Shown: positions 36,889 to 45,632 of the stretch, one piece after another | How the letters are laid out: each line of letters begins with the position of its first letter | Numbering within the stretch: the stretch's first letter is position 1 | From: a virus | Lineage: Duplodnaviria > Caudoviricetes | Direction: 5' to 3' (one strand) | Length of the DNA stretch: 64,000 nucleotides | Virus record (IMG/VR): IMGVR_UViG_3300037258_000150 | Span: 35-64,034 of that record | The notes under the pieces: generated by a model | Databases searched by the model: none | Told to the model about the DNA's origin: nothing | Seen by the model: only the letters and a program-made list of their open reading frames with translations | Translations under genes and position numbers: made by a program

Positions 36889-37643
36889 TCGGCCTTCTTG
36901 GCATGACGCCGTCTGGCTGCCATTGCTATATTCGCGCGCCCCTCCGGTGACTTGCGTTTTCCTTTGTTGCCAGCAGAAATAGCGGCACGATGAGCCGCTG
37001 ACATGGGGCCAAGTTTTTTTCCTTTCTTGGCAGCCGATAACTTAGCGCGTGTCTCTGCCGTTTGAATTCTAGGCTTACCAACATGCGACAAACGCAGCGC
37101 TTCTTTGACATGCGGAGGCATTGGACGCCCCTTGGATGCGGCACCGATGTTTGCTTTGTGCTCCTCGGTAAAATAGCGCTTTTTCCCGCGATTTATAGAA
37201 GCGAGCATCTCTATCACTGCGGTATTGACTTTCCTGCCAGCAGCTCTAGCGGCTATTCTTGCGCGCGTCTCTGCCGAGCGCTTACGGCCAGTGTGAAACG
37301 CCACAGTCTTGGCGATAGCCTCTGGAGTATGCTTATAGCCAGAACAGCCTTCACCGCCGCAACTCAAGTTCACCAGGCCGAACCCGGCATCGCGCCAATA
37401 AGCTATTCTTTCTCGCTCCATGGCGAAAGCGGCTTCTTCCGATAGTCGGTTGGCGACGATCCTGATTTGGATGGAGACCCCCAAGGCCGCTAACTGAGAC
37501 CGCATGGCGACATGAGTGCTATTGCGGCCGTTAAGCATATCGGATGACCGGGAGCCATGACCTTTCCCGACGTAGAAGGGGACATTGATATCGCTGCGCC
37601 AGTGTTCATAAACGTAAAATTTGGTATCGTCTGTGTCAGCCAT
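36885..37643 (-). CDS. GIY-YIG-type homing endonuclease with NUMOD3 repeats
   Basis: FYVYEHWRSD...FYVGKG...R, E...I....LVNL..GGEG, repeated SAETRAKLS-type motifs; GAGGA RBS before ATG 37643. Confidence 0.88.
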   Translation of the reverse strand: MADTDDTKFYVYEHWRSDINVPFYVGKGHGSRSSDMLNGRNSTHVAMRSQLAALGVSIQIRIVANRLSEEAAFAMERERIAYWRDAGFGLVNLSCGGEGCSGYKHTPEAIAKTVAFHTGRKRSAETRARIAARAAGRKVNTAVIEMLASINRGKKRYFTEEHKANIGAASKGRPMPPHVKEALRLSHVGKPRIQTAETRAKLSAAKKGKKLGPMSAAHRAAISAGNKGKRKSPEGRANIAMAARRRHAKKAE

Positions 37644-37675
37644 GATCGCATCCTCATCATGCATCGTGGTTAGGG

Positions 37676-37716
37676 GGCGCGTGACGTTCGTAGCGTCTCG
37701 CGTCCTCCGAATTATA
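37676..37716 (-). promoter_or_regulatory. Putative endonuclease-associated promoter (-10 TATAAT) followed by a hairpin
   Basis: Minus strand reads TATAAT...gacgcgagacg-ctacgaa-cgtcacgcg...ctaacca, then RBS. Confidence 0.5.
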
Positions 37717-37730
37717 GCTGCAGCACGATC

Positions 37731-37796
37731 CGCCAGCACCCCCAGCTGCTGAACGTAGGCGTTGTATGAGAGAGGAGTGGTGGCTGAGGCTGTCAT
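37731..37796 (-). pseudogene. Orphan 5' fragment of an alternative allele of the adaptor gene
   Basis: MTASATTPLSYNAYVQQLGVLA aligns with MSSPNPLSFNAWVQTIGSLA of 36106-36888. Confidence 0.7.
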
Positions 37797-37799
37797 GTT

Positions 37800-38543
37800 T
37801 TAGTAGTAGAAGACCGGATAGCTGCCGCCCGAGGAAAGAGGACACGAGGTAGTCCATGTCCAAATACCAGCCGCACCCGTATAAGAGTAAGTCGCACTGG
37901 AGGTTAAATAGAGAGTGCCGTTTATCGACAAACCGGTGACATAACCAGAGTTAGAAGACGGCAGGAATACATCTAAAGATAGAGTGCCACTACTTGAATC
38001 GCAAAGAAGTGAGGGCACTCCATGTCCGTTGTAATCGGTACTCGGAGACAGAGAGCCGATACCGATTGAGGTCGAATAGCCCGTGAGATTGGGAGAACTG
38101 AAGCCAGCCACCAGAGTTGCAGTGCCAGCCGATGGAGGTAACAGCGGGATGCGCGTAAGAGAGACCGAGACATCGGCGTATGGGGCTGATATCGGTCTCG
38201 CATCACTCACAAGACATTGGGCTACTCCGCTGTAGGTGGTATTGGCAACTGCGCCGCTTACAGTGAAGTTGGTAGTCGCACTCGCAGAGGATCCGATCGA
38301 AATGCCTGCGCCACCGCTCGCCCATGACCAACCGTACACATATGGAGGAATTCCACCTTTCCCGGTGCACGTCGTGGACGCGGATGTCAGCGTCGCACTG
38401 GGATTGCTGTAGGTGATAGCCGTAGGGGATGCCGAGGAACTCAGAACAGCGATGGCGCCAGCGAGTAGGATATTCAGAACCCCGCCAGCGCGGGCGACGC
38501 GCGGCAGCAACGCGAGCAGGATATACGGGACGAAGCGCTTCAT
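37800..38543 (-). CDS. Signal-peptide fibre-tip/adhesin-like protein
   Basis: MKRFVPYILLALLPRVARA-GGVLNILLAG; Ig-like GG.PPY.Y.W; two Cys pairs. Confidence 0.7.
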   Translation of the reverse strand: MKRFVPYILLALLPRVARAGGVLNILLAGAIAVLSSSASPTAITYSNPSATLTSASTTCTGKGGIPPYVYGWSWASGGAGISIGSSASATTNFTVSGAVANTTYSGVAQCLVSDARPISAPYADVSVSLTRIPLLPPSAGTATLVAGFSSPNLTGYSTSIGIGSLSPSTDYNGHGVPSLLCDSSSGTLSLDVFLPSSNSGYVTGLSINGTLYLTSSATYSYTGAAGIWTWTTSCPLSSGGSYPVFYY

Positions 38544-39793
38544 CAGGTAATCCCTGAACCGCTGATGACGAAGGTCGTGCTATTCACGCACAATATTGTG
38601 GCAAGCCCTACTGAGGTGAGGGTCCTGGAACCGCTTGTGACGTTTCCAATTGCCCAGTAAAGAGTCACACCGCCAGCGGGCGCGATGGTAAAGGACGTTG
38701 TGCCATTGAGCGCCAGAATCGTGATGACATCACCGCCTGAGAATACTCCGGAGGGTATCGTCACGGTCCCCGAGCTACCATCAAGCTCTACGGTCTTACC
38801 ACGGTCCGCGAGTGTTAGGGGGTAACTGCCGCCCTGCACATTGAGCGGCGTACCCAAGTATCCGACTTGAAATAGACCGTTTCCCGCACTGTCTGAAATT
38901 CCGACCGTGCCATCGCCCAGGACTCGGAAGAAGCTAGTCGTCCCTGCGCGATTTTTCACCTCTAATGCGACATCGCTGGAATTCGTTCCGGCGGTGACAA
39001 GTAATCCATTCGATGATCCAGTCGTGGAACTGCCGATGACCTTGGTGTACTGAGCCAGTCCATTCGTGACATCAAGCGCATCATTGCTCGCGTTTCCATT
39101 GATCGCGAGCCCGACGCCGCTCGCGGGCGCCATCGTGGTCGAGCCCGTCCACGTCGGCGAGGAGGAGAGCGGCAGGTCAGCGTCCACCATGCCGCGGAAA
39201 CTCGGCAGCGCCGGGGTCCCTGAGGCGGGACCGGCAAAAAGCGTGTTCGCCGATTCGTTCACGACCGAGAATGGCGTGATGCACCCGGTGGCGTTGCCAT
39301 TTGCGAGGATGCCCTGTGCGGCCTGCCCGCTCGAGCACAGCGCTGGCGTGGAGGCCAGTGCCGTGGCCGCTGCGGCCAGCGTGGCGGTGGCGGCGTTACC
39401 GGTCGTGCTTTGGTTCAGCGTCGGGAAATTACCGGCTACGGCCGCCTGCAATCCGCTGCCGGTGGAATACCCAATACCGGTAAATGTCGGCGCCAGAGTG
39501 ATCGCTGCGGCCGTGGTCGGGTTTGCGACAGACCCCGACAAGCCATTTGCGGACACGACGGACACCGAGGTAACGGTCCCGGTTGAACTTCCCACCGGGA
39601 CCCCGTTGACGTATAGGCCCTGGACATTGAGCGTTCCGGGGCCGAACCCGGCGCCGGCGGCGGATCCTAAGACCATGCCGGTGGTGGTCGAGTATGCGAT
39701 CCCGGGCGGCGGGAAGTAGTTGTAGACCGGGGATGACTGCGCGAGCGCCGTAGCGGCAAAGAGCGCCAGGATGGTCCATCGCAAATACTTCAT
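38543..39793 (-). CDS. Signal-peptide tail-fibre protein
   Basis: MKYLRWTILALFAATALA-Q; GTVTSVSVVSANG, FPTLNQSTTGNAATAT, PSFR..V.AD.P; C-terminal RTL...GLATILCV..TFVISGSGIT fibre domain. Confidence 0.8.
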   Translation of the reverse strand: MKYLRWTILALFAATALAQSSPVYNYFPPPGIAYSTTTGMVLGSAAGAGFGPGTLNVQGLYVNGVPVGSSTGTVTSVSVVSANGLSGSVANPTTAAAITLAPTFTGIGYSTGSGLQAAVAGNFPTLNQSTTGNAATATLAAAATALASTPALCSSGQAAQGILANGNATGCITPFSVVNESANTLFAGPASGTPALPSFRGMVDADLPLSSSPTWTGSTTMAPASGVGLAINGNASNDALDVTNGLAQYTKVIGSSTTGSSNGLLVTAGTNSSDVALEVKNRAGTTSFFRVLGDGTVGISDSAGNGLFQVGYLGTPLNVQGGSYPLTLADRGKTVELDGSSGTVTIPSGVFSGGDVITILALNGTTSFTIAPAGGVTLYWAIGNVTSGSRTLTSVGLATILCVNSTTFVISGSGIT

Positions 39794-40248
39794 AGCGCCA
39801 CCCACTTGCCGATCGTCGCGGAGTACTTGAACGACTGCGCGTTGTTCTCCCCGAGGGCGATATCGGCGACCATGCGAAATTGGTTAGCGGGCTGCGAGCC
39901 GCCGTTCAACGCGTTCAGGGTCAGTGCGTAGGTGCTCAGGTTCGTGACGACGGCGATCTGCCCATCGTAGCCGGCCGAGAGTCCCGTGATGTTTGCGATG
40001 CCGGTCGGGGTAAGCTCGAGGAACCCCGTCGTCGCCCCGAATCCCGTCGGCGCGTAGTCATTGTTCGCCCCGGTCGCGGGCACCGCATTGACAACGCCAG
40101 TGGGGCCGGTGGGGGAGATGACCGAGCCTAAGGACGCCACTTGGGCGGACGTGCCGCGAACGGAGGTACCGTTCTGCACCATCTCGACCGACTCGGCGCC
40201 AGTCAGGGAGTTCGCTTGGGGAAGCTGCAGGATAGTTGCGGTGGCCAT
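39790..40248 (-). CDS. Fibre-associated virion protein
   Basis: N-terminal TILQLPQANSLTGAESVEMVQNG motif common at the start of phage fibre proteins; no signal peptide. Confidence 0.65.
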   Translation of the reverse strand: MATATILQLPQANSLTGAESVEMVQNGTSVRGTSAQVASLGSVISPTGPTGVVNAVPATGANNDYAPTGFGATTGFLELTPTGIANITGLSAGYDGQIAVVTNLSTYALTLNALNGGSQPANQFRMVADIALGENNAQSFKYSATIGKWVAL

Positions 40249-40251
40249 AAC

Positions 40252-41175
40252 TTAACCGGTCGATATCGGCTGTCCGCTTTGATTGTAGATCTGATCACCG
40301 GATTGATTCAGCAGATTGCCGCCGACGCCGGCGCTGCCGACCGGCGCGCACCCGAGTGGCGGAATGGTCCGCGAGGCGTAAGGTAGCCCCGCGCGCGCCG
40401 TGATGATGCGCGGGGAGCCTGGTACGGGGCCCGACTCGAGCCCCATCTGCTCGCCGTCCTGGTTGTAGATCGGATCGCCCGCCTCGTTGAAGAGCCCACC
40501 GACACGCGTCGCGGGCGTCAAGAGCGAGCCGGCGGCCACGTTGTGGGCCACCAGATACGTGAAGGCGGTCGCCGTGAGGACTGCGACGCTGTGAAAGCCG
40601 TTGGTCGCCGTGAGCCCCTCGGCGGATATCTGGCAATCGGTCTGAAGCCCGTGAACTCTTGAGCACGTCACGCTCACCGTGGCCGTCCCGTTGGCGGTCA
40701 CTGAGAGAATCGCGAGCGGCACGGCGAAAGGCTTCTGCAGGCCGCCGTTGTAGGGCATCACGGCGTTTTGAATCAGCCCCTCGGGGCAGCCGATGGGCTG
40801 CGTGATGCGGTTCTCGGCGTCCTGCGTGACGCGTAGTGCCGCCCTTGCCGGGACGGGGATGCCGACTATTGGGTCGATGGGAATGGGGAGTGTCGTGCGG
40901 TAGTTTGTTTCGTCGGACTCGAATTGCTCGACACTGGGGAAGTAGACCGGAGTTGGGTCGGCTGGGAGAACAATCGCTCTATTTTGGTCAGTAGGTATAT
41001 CAAGGCACTTCTGACACACCAGTATGTAGATATTGGTCAGTTGCGTTCCGCGCCACTGGTACTGAAAAGACAGATTCACGCGATTGAACCACAGGCCGCA
41101 GCGCATGCAAACTGCGAACGCCTGCGGTCGCTTCAGCGATGTGCGCGCATGACCGGACCGGGAGGCATATGCCAT
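40252..41175 (-). CDS. Virion protein: CxxC/CxxC N-domain, beta domain and acidic NxxG hairpin repeats
   Basis: AFAVCMRCG...LVCQKCLD.P; LFNEAGDPIYNQDGEQM and LLNQSGDQIYNQSGQPI. Confidence 0.65.
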   Translation of the reverse strand: MAYASRSGHARTSLKRPQAFAVCMRCGLWFNRVNLSFQYQWRGTQLTNIYILVCQKCLDIPTDQNRAIVLPADPTPVYFPSVEQFESDETNYRTTLPIPIDPIVGIPVPARAALRVTQDAENRITQPIGCPEGLIQNAVMPYNGGLQKPFAVPLAILSVTANGTATVSVTCSRVHGLQTDCQISAEGLTATNGFHSVAVLTATAFTYLVAHNVAAGSLLTPATRVGGLFNEAGDPIYNQDGEQMGLESGPVPGSPRIITARAGLPYASRTIPPLGCAPVGSAGVGGNLLNQSGDQIYNQSGQPISTG

Positions 41176-41307
41176 TCATGCCACCCTTGGGAGATATCGA
41201 AAGGTACGCCCTGCAGCGCTCTTTCGCACTCCACGGCAGACTTCAGCATCCGGGCGCCAGTGCTCGTATACGTAGTAATCAACACGGATTAGATCAGGCT
41301 TGCTCAT
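41176..41307 (-). pseudogene. Truncated GIY-YIG homing endonuclease remnant
   Basis: YYVYEHWRPD matches FYVYEHWRSD of 36885-37643; the ORF ends after 43 aa. Confidence 0.7.
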
Positions 41308-42014
41308 CTGAAGTACGACGAAACCTGAGGGCTGATGTAAATTTGAGACGTTTCCGTGTTCTGCCGCGTCGCCACCCCCCACGCTTCGTCAGCCATCACC
41401 TTAAGTCCCGGCGCACGATCTGGAGCCCAGATTGCGGCGAGTCGGGTCGCGAGTGCGAAGGCAAACCACTCCAGAAAATAGACAGGAATTTCAGCGCTCT
41501 GGCCGCCCTGCAAATTTGAATCTTGAATCTGGCGCAACCGGTAATACTTGAATGCTGCCTGTTGGCCATTAGGCGTTGTCCAAAGGGTTACGGTAGGTGA
41601 TAACAAACGATCCATCCAATACACAGTCGGTGCTCCTTCCTGCTGTTTGTTTGGATAGTTTGCATACTCCGTCCTTGAAATAGGAGTCATGATCCTGTCT
41701 ATCTCTTGCTGACCATTGTTGATGGTGTAATATGCATCCAGAATGACTATGGTGTTGTTTGGTACCTGATAAGTGGCTTGACCTTGAACCAGAGTCACTT
41801 GCTGAAGGTCTACACCCCACAGATTCACGCCATCCGCGCTGGCGCGCATCATCAGCATGTTGGTCGCGATGCGCGCGTCCTCAAGATGAGATTGCGTCAG
41901 GGCGGTGCGCCGTATACCACACAGACCATAGCTGTATAGAATTACCCCTCCTACGCCCGGAGCGAAGTTATACGTCCCGGAGGTATTCGGCGGATTGGGC
42001 GCGAAGCTATTCAC
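41304..42014 (-). CDS. Head-tail connector/adaptor protein
   Basis: TSGTYNF, GVNLW, ISRTEY..YPNK..G.P, LA..LA; GTG overlaps the upstream TAG. Confidence 0.72.
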   Translation of the reverse strand: MNSFAPNPPNTSGTYNFAPGVGGVILYSYGLCGIRRTALTQSHLEDARIATNMLMMRASADGVNLWGVDLQQVTLVQGQATYQVPNNTIVILDAYYTINNGQQEIDRIMTPISRTEYANYPNKQQEGAPTVYWMDRLLSPTVTLWTTPNGQQAAFKYYRLRQIQDSNLQGGQSAEIPVYFLEWFAFALATRLAAIWAPDRAPGLKVMADEAWGVATRQNTETSQIYISPQVSSYFR

Positions 42015-42268
42015 TAGCCCACCCGCCAAAAGGTGCCGTCGAAGAAACATGGCACGACGAAGGTCCCCCCGCCGCTCAGGAGCGCATAGAAGTCGGTGCT
42101 CGTCGAGTCCGTCACCATCGCTCGAGTGCCCTGCGGGGATGAGGGGAGCTGCCCGACGGCGAGCGGGGTGGTGAAGGAGGCGGAGCCGGCGGGCCCCGGG
42201 ATGCCCTGCGGGCCCGGGGTCGCGACCTCAATGAGGTCGGAGGTGATCTCGCTGACGGAGACGGCCAT
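42014..42268 (-). CDS. Small collagen-motif trimeric virion protein
   Basis: IEVATPGPQGIPGPAG; GTRAMVTD...GGG...VPCFFDGTFWRVG. Confidence 0.7.
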   Translation of the reverse strand: MAVSVSEITSDLIEVATPGPQGIPGPAGSASFTTPLAVGQLPSSPQGTRAMVTDSTSTDFYALLSGGGTFVVPCFFDGTFWRVG

Positions 42269-42270
42269 GG

Positions 42271-42948
42271 CTAGTACGGCACGGCGCCGGCCTGCTGAAC
42301 AGTCATCGCAACGCTGCCTGAGCCGCTATTGAGGGTCGCGCGCACAAAGAGCGGTACGAGAGCGGCATAGGCGAGGAGCGCCCCGTAGCCGGTTTGGATC
42401 GAGGTGCTGGCGGCGACGGCATTGGTGTCGGGAGAGTTTAGCCACGTGACGTTCTGCGGCAGCACCGGATCGGTCGTGCTATTCGGATCGTCCTGCGTCG
42501 ATTGCACGGTGTAATTCGCGGTACCGGTGACGACGCATTGGATGGCCACGTGCGGGAGAGCCCACTCATCGAGGCGCGCCCAGGGCGTGCTCGCAATACC
42601 GGCAGTGCCGACGGTCACCGCGGCCGTAGCGGCGCCGTTGATCGTCACCGAGGTCACGGTATAGAAGTCCTGCGCCGTATGCGCCGAGCTCGTAATGGGA
42701 CCCACCGTCTCGGAGATCACCGCTCCGGTGGGCGTCGTGCCCGTCACCGTGAACACATGGGTCGTATCGGCGGTCGTGATGAGAACGCGCTGGGCGGCGC
42801 CCGGAACGCTGCCTAAGCGCGCGGCTGCGGAACTGACGAGTGAGCCGTTCAGCGTCAGCGCGCCCGCGCCCGCTGGGGTCTGCGACAGCGCGATATTGTT
42901 CGCGACGCTCGCGAGGATGGGGCCTACTGTCGCAGTGACTGGTCGCAT
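42271..42948 (-). CDS. Virion structural protein
   Basis: IALSQTPAGAGALTLNG, FTVTGT, beta-rich; follows the capsid cluster. Confidence 0.7.
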   Translation of the reverse strand: MRPVTATVGPILASVANNIALSQTPAGAGALTLNGSLVSSAAARLGSVPGAAQRVLITTADTTHVFTVTGTTPTGAVISETVGPITSSAHTAQDFYTVTSVTINGAATAAVTVGTAGIASTPWARLDEWALPHVAIQCVVTGTANYTVQSTQDDPNSTTDPVLPQNVTWLNSPDTNAVAASTSIQTGYGALLAYAALVPLFVRATLNSGSGSVAMTVQQAGAVPY

Positions 42949-42961
42949 TCACGTACTCCAA

Positions 42962-42991
42962 ATGAAAAACGGGGCCTACTTGAGGCCCCGT
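42962..42991 (-). terminator. Rho-independent terminator after the capsid cluster
   Basis: Minus strand acggggcct-caagt-aggccccgt followed by ttttcattt. Confidence 0.8.
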
Positions 42992-43032
42992 CTATCATAC
43001 GCTGTGGGCCAGCAGCCCTTGACGCTTAGGGG

Positions 43033-43362
43033 TCAATCCTCGCCGAAACCGAGTTCGCCCTTCATCACCTTGCGGCCCGGGGCATCCTCTCCCTTGCGCG
43101 CGCTCGTGAACGGGTTCGCATCCGAGGTCGAGCGGCCGCCTGACTTGCGCGGCTTGCGGCCGGCGTGGTGCATGGGCTCGTGGCCCTCGACCTTGCCAAC
43201 CTCGGTCTTGCCGCCTCTCTTGCGCTTCGCCCGGCCGCCCTTCTTCAGCTCCTCGGCCTCGGCGTCGATCTTCTTGGCGTCGGTGCGCGCTTCCGGCTTG
43301 GTCTTCTCGTCCTCTTCGGCCTCGTTGGTGCCGCCGGTCTCACGGTGCTTGCGACCCTTCAT
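43033..43362 (-). CDS. Small highly charged internal-head-like protein with xxxGG motifs
   Basis: RETGG, LKKGG, RKRGG, RKSGG. Confidence 0.65.
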   Translation of the reverse strand: MKGRKHRETGGTNEAEEDEKTKPEARTDAKKIDAEAEELKKGGRAKRKRGGKTEVGKVEGHEPMHHAGRKPRKSGGRSTSDANPFTSARKGEDAPGRKVMKGELGFGED

Positions 43363-43378
43363 GATTCGTCTCTCCAGC

Positions 43379-43969
43379 TCAGGAAGCCAAGTTGATCTGC
43401 GGAATATACTCGACCGTGAGCGTGCCGACACCACTTCCGGTGCTCCCTGACAGCGCGACGATCTGGATATCCTGCGTGCCGACGTTGTCCCAGTTGCCGA
43501 TCTGCGTGGCGCCGGTGCCCGGCACGACGGAGACTTGCCCCAGGGTGGCGCCAGAGATCGCCGCCGCAGTCGTGAGCGCGGTGGCCGAGGCGCCGGTGCC
43601 GAGCCCCAGTGTCGTCGTGGTGGTCCAGGCGGTCGTCACCATGAGGGTGATGCGGATGATCTGCGACTGCGCGGGGATGACGATCGGGCAGGCAAACTGA
43701 CCCGTGGTGCCGTCGTTCGTGGCCTGGGTGATGACGCAGGACTGGGCCTGCACCCCGAAGCCGCGGTTTGCGGTTCCCGCGGTGCCCCCGACGCCCGCTA
43801 AGTTGTTCGAACCGTCGCTGTGTTGGACGGTGCCGGCGAGTAGAGGACCCGCGAAGGACGTGCCGGGAGTGGGCGGGCTGCCGTTCGGCTGTGCGCCCTG
43901 CGCGCCGGTCCAGTCTGTCTGGATGTCGGGGTAAGCCTGACCGCTGGTCGGGGGGATGTACTGGGTCAT
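43379..43969 (-). CDS. Capsid decoration/minor structural protein
   Basis: TSFAGPLLAG N-motif, IPAQSQI...V.TAW, G.GTLTVEY; directly after the major capsid gene. Confidence 0.7.
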   Translation of the reverse strand: MTQYIPPTSGQAYPDIQTDWTGAQGAQPNGSPPTPGTSFAGPLLAGTVQHSDGSNNLAGVGGTAGTANRGFGVQAQSCVITQATNDGTTGQFACPIVIPAQSQIIRITLMVTTAWTTTTTLGLGTGASATALTTAAAISGATLGQVSVVPGTGATQIGNWDNVGTQDIQIVALSGSTGSGVGTLTVEYIPQINLAS

Positions 43970-43981
43970 GACAGCCCCCGA

Positions 43982-44896
43982 TTAAGAGGTCGGCAGGTTC
44001 GCGTAGAGCGCGCGCCAATTGAAGTAGCTTAGCGAGTATCTCTCGTAGCCCTTCGTTAGCAAATTATCGGTGACGAAGTCCACCTGCATGTCCGTCTCGA
44101 ACGCGATGCGCTCCATGTAGGAGAGGCCCGCGACGTTGGTGAGCATGAACCACGCGTAGAACGAGGTGAGAAAGTCCATCACCATGTAGCCCTCGGGGAC
44201 GCCACCGGCGGTCGAGAGGATCGCGTTCACGTCGTTGTCAGCGGTGCCCGGGCGCAGCTCCGTCTTCGTCAGGCGAATCGCCACCGGCTCCAACTGCGGC
44301 GGTACGATCAGTTTGCGTCCGCGCGCGAACATCTTCAGGTTCGCCTGGTCCCGGAAGTTGTAGCGGATGTTGATCATCGCGGCGAGCAGGGTCGCCTCGT
44401 TCAGATCAACCTGCGTGGAGGGCGTATTGGCCACGACGCCGCCGTCGATCGGGTGCGAGGCCGAGGCGAGTGCGACGCCGTCGCCGCCCACGTTCGCGTT
44501 GTACGTGCTGCAGGTGTTGAGCACGTTCGCCGCGTAGATTTCCTTGGTCTGGTGGAAGGACTCCATCAGTCCGAGGTTCGACGGGTGGAACTGCGTCTTG
44601 TAGAGGTTGTCGTCGATGGCCTTGCGGGTCATCGCATACCCGAGCGCGATCTCCACGTGCTCCTGGTTGTAGACGTAGCGCTCACCGGCGTTGTTGTCGA
44701 ACTGGGTCTGACCGCCTTCGGTCTTCAGCTGCGCGAGCCCCAAGTATCGCATCTCGGCGGTGCGTTCGAGGGCGAGCTTGGAGTTGAACTTGGTGAAGAC
44801 CTTGTCGTACTGGCTCGGGATCTGCTCGTACTTTCCCGTGATCCCGCGAAGGCCGGGGAGGAGCAGGTCTTTGATCGCACTTAAGTTGACGGCCAT
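43982..44896 (-). CDS. Major capsid protein (HK97 fold, Mu gpT-like family)
   Basis: LLPGL, K.EG....FD, ALGY..T...I.DNLY, GDGVAL....HP, LIVPP.L, ERYS. Confidence 0.88.
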   Translation of the reverse strand: MAVNLSAIKDLLLPGLRGITGKYEQIPSQYDKVFTKFNSKLALERTAEMRYLGLAQLKTEGGQTQFDNNAGERYVYNQEHVEIALGYAMTRKAIDDNLYKTQFHPSNLGLMESFHQTKEIYAANVLNTCSTYNANVGGDGVALASASHPIDGGVVANTPSTQVDLNEATLLAAMINIRYNFRDQANLKMFARGRKLIVPPQLEPVAIRLTKTELRPGTADNDVNAILSTAGGVPEGYMVMDFLTSFYAWFMLTNVAGLSYMERIAFETDMQVDFVTDNLLTKGYERYSLSYFNWRALYANLPTS

Positions 44897-44908
44897 TTAC
44901 GTTGCTCC

Positions 44909-45535
44909 TCAGACCGCTGTCGCGTTCTTGGTTTCGACGTTGTTGAACGCGACGACCCCGTAGACATACGGCGATGCCGTCGCCGCCGTCGCCCCCTGCG
45001 CTGTGCCTGGCGCGCCCGGCGGGTCAGTCACGAGGCCGATGAGCCTGAAAGGATAGGCTGCCGCGGTCTGGGCCGTGTGCAGCAGGAAGGCACCGGAGAT
45101 GCCGTTGGCCGCCGTGCCGGTGCCGATGTTGAAGTCGAAGTTGCTGCCGACGCCAGTCTGCGCAAGGCCCGTCGCATCGCCCTGTACGAGGAACTGGGCG
45201 TTGGGGTCATTCACGACGTAGGCTTCGATCGTCGACTGGTTCGCGCTCGTGACATCCGAGGCGGGCCAGTAGTTTGACCAGACGGTGCGTTTCTGCGCGG
45301 TGGAGAGGTACTTGCAGCCGATGAAGATGCCGGCCATCGTGACGGTGCTGCCACCGGCTGCCCCCGGGGCCTGCGCGATGGTGCCGTCGGACTGGCGATT
45401 GACCGGATCCCCGAAGTAGATCGCGCCAGCGGTGTAGGCGATGCCGCCGTTGCGGAAGGTCGTCTGCTCGTAGGTCGGCGCGGAGCCGGTGCCCTGACGC
45501 TGCTGAAACCCGAAGGGTGCGGACACGTTCGCCAT
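44909..45535 (-). CDS. Capsid cement/decoration protein
   Basis: MAN..APFGF, IYFGDPV, GIF.GC.Y, V.DPNA.F.VQ; strong AAGGAG RBS. Confidence 0.75.
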   Translation of the reverse strand: MANVSAPFGFQQRQGTGSAPTYEQTTFRNGGIAYTAGAIYFGDPVNRQSDGTIAQAPGAAGGSTVTMAGIFIGCKYLSTAQKRTVWSNYWPASDVTSANQSTIEAYVVNDPNAQFLVQGDATGLAQTGVGSNFDFNIGTGTAANGISGAFLLHTAQTAAAYPFRLIGLVTDPPGAPGTAQGATAATASPYVYGVVAFNNVETKNATAV

Positions 45536-45632
45536 TGCGAGAACTCCTTCACGGAGGTCGCATGGCTGCCGGAGCGATGGAGGACCCGAAAAATTCTTAG
45601 AGCTAAAGGCTGCACCGGGCAGCCGTGCGGGG

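Noticed and set aside
36885-37796. Group I intron in the adaptor gene
   Set aside because: The downstream adaptor gene has its own complete N-terminus, and there is no room or visible core for an intron ribozyme
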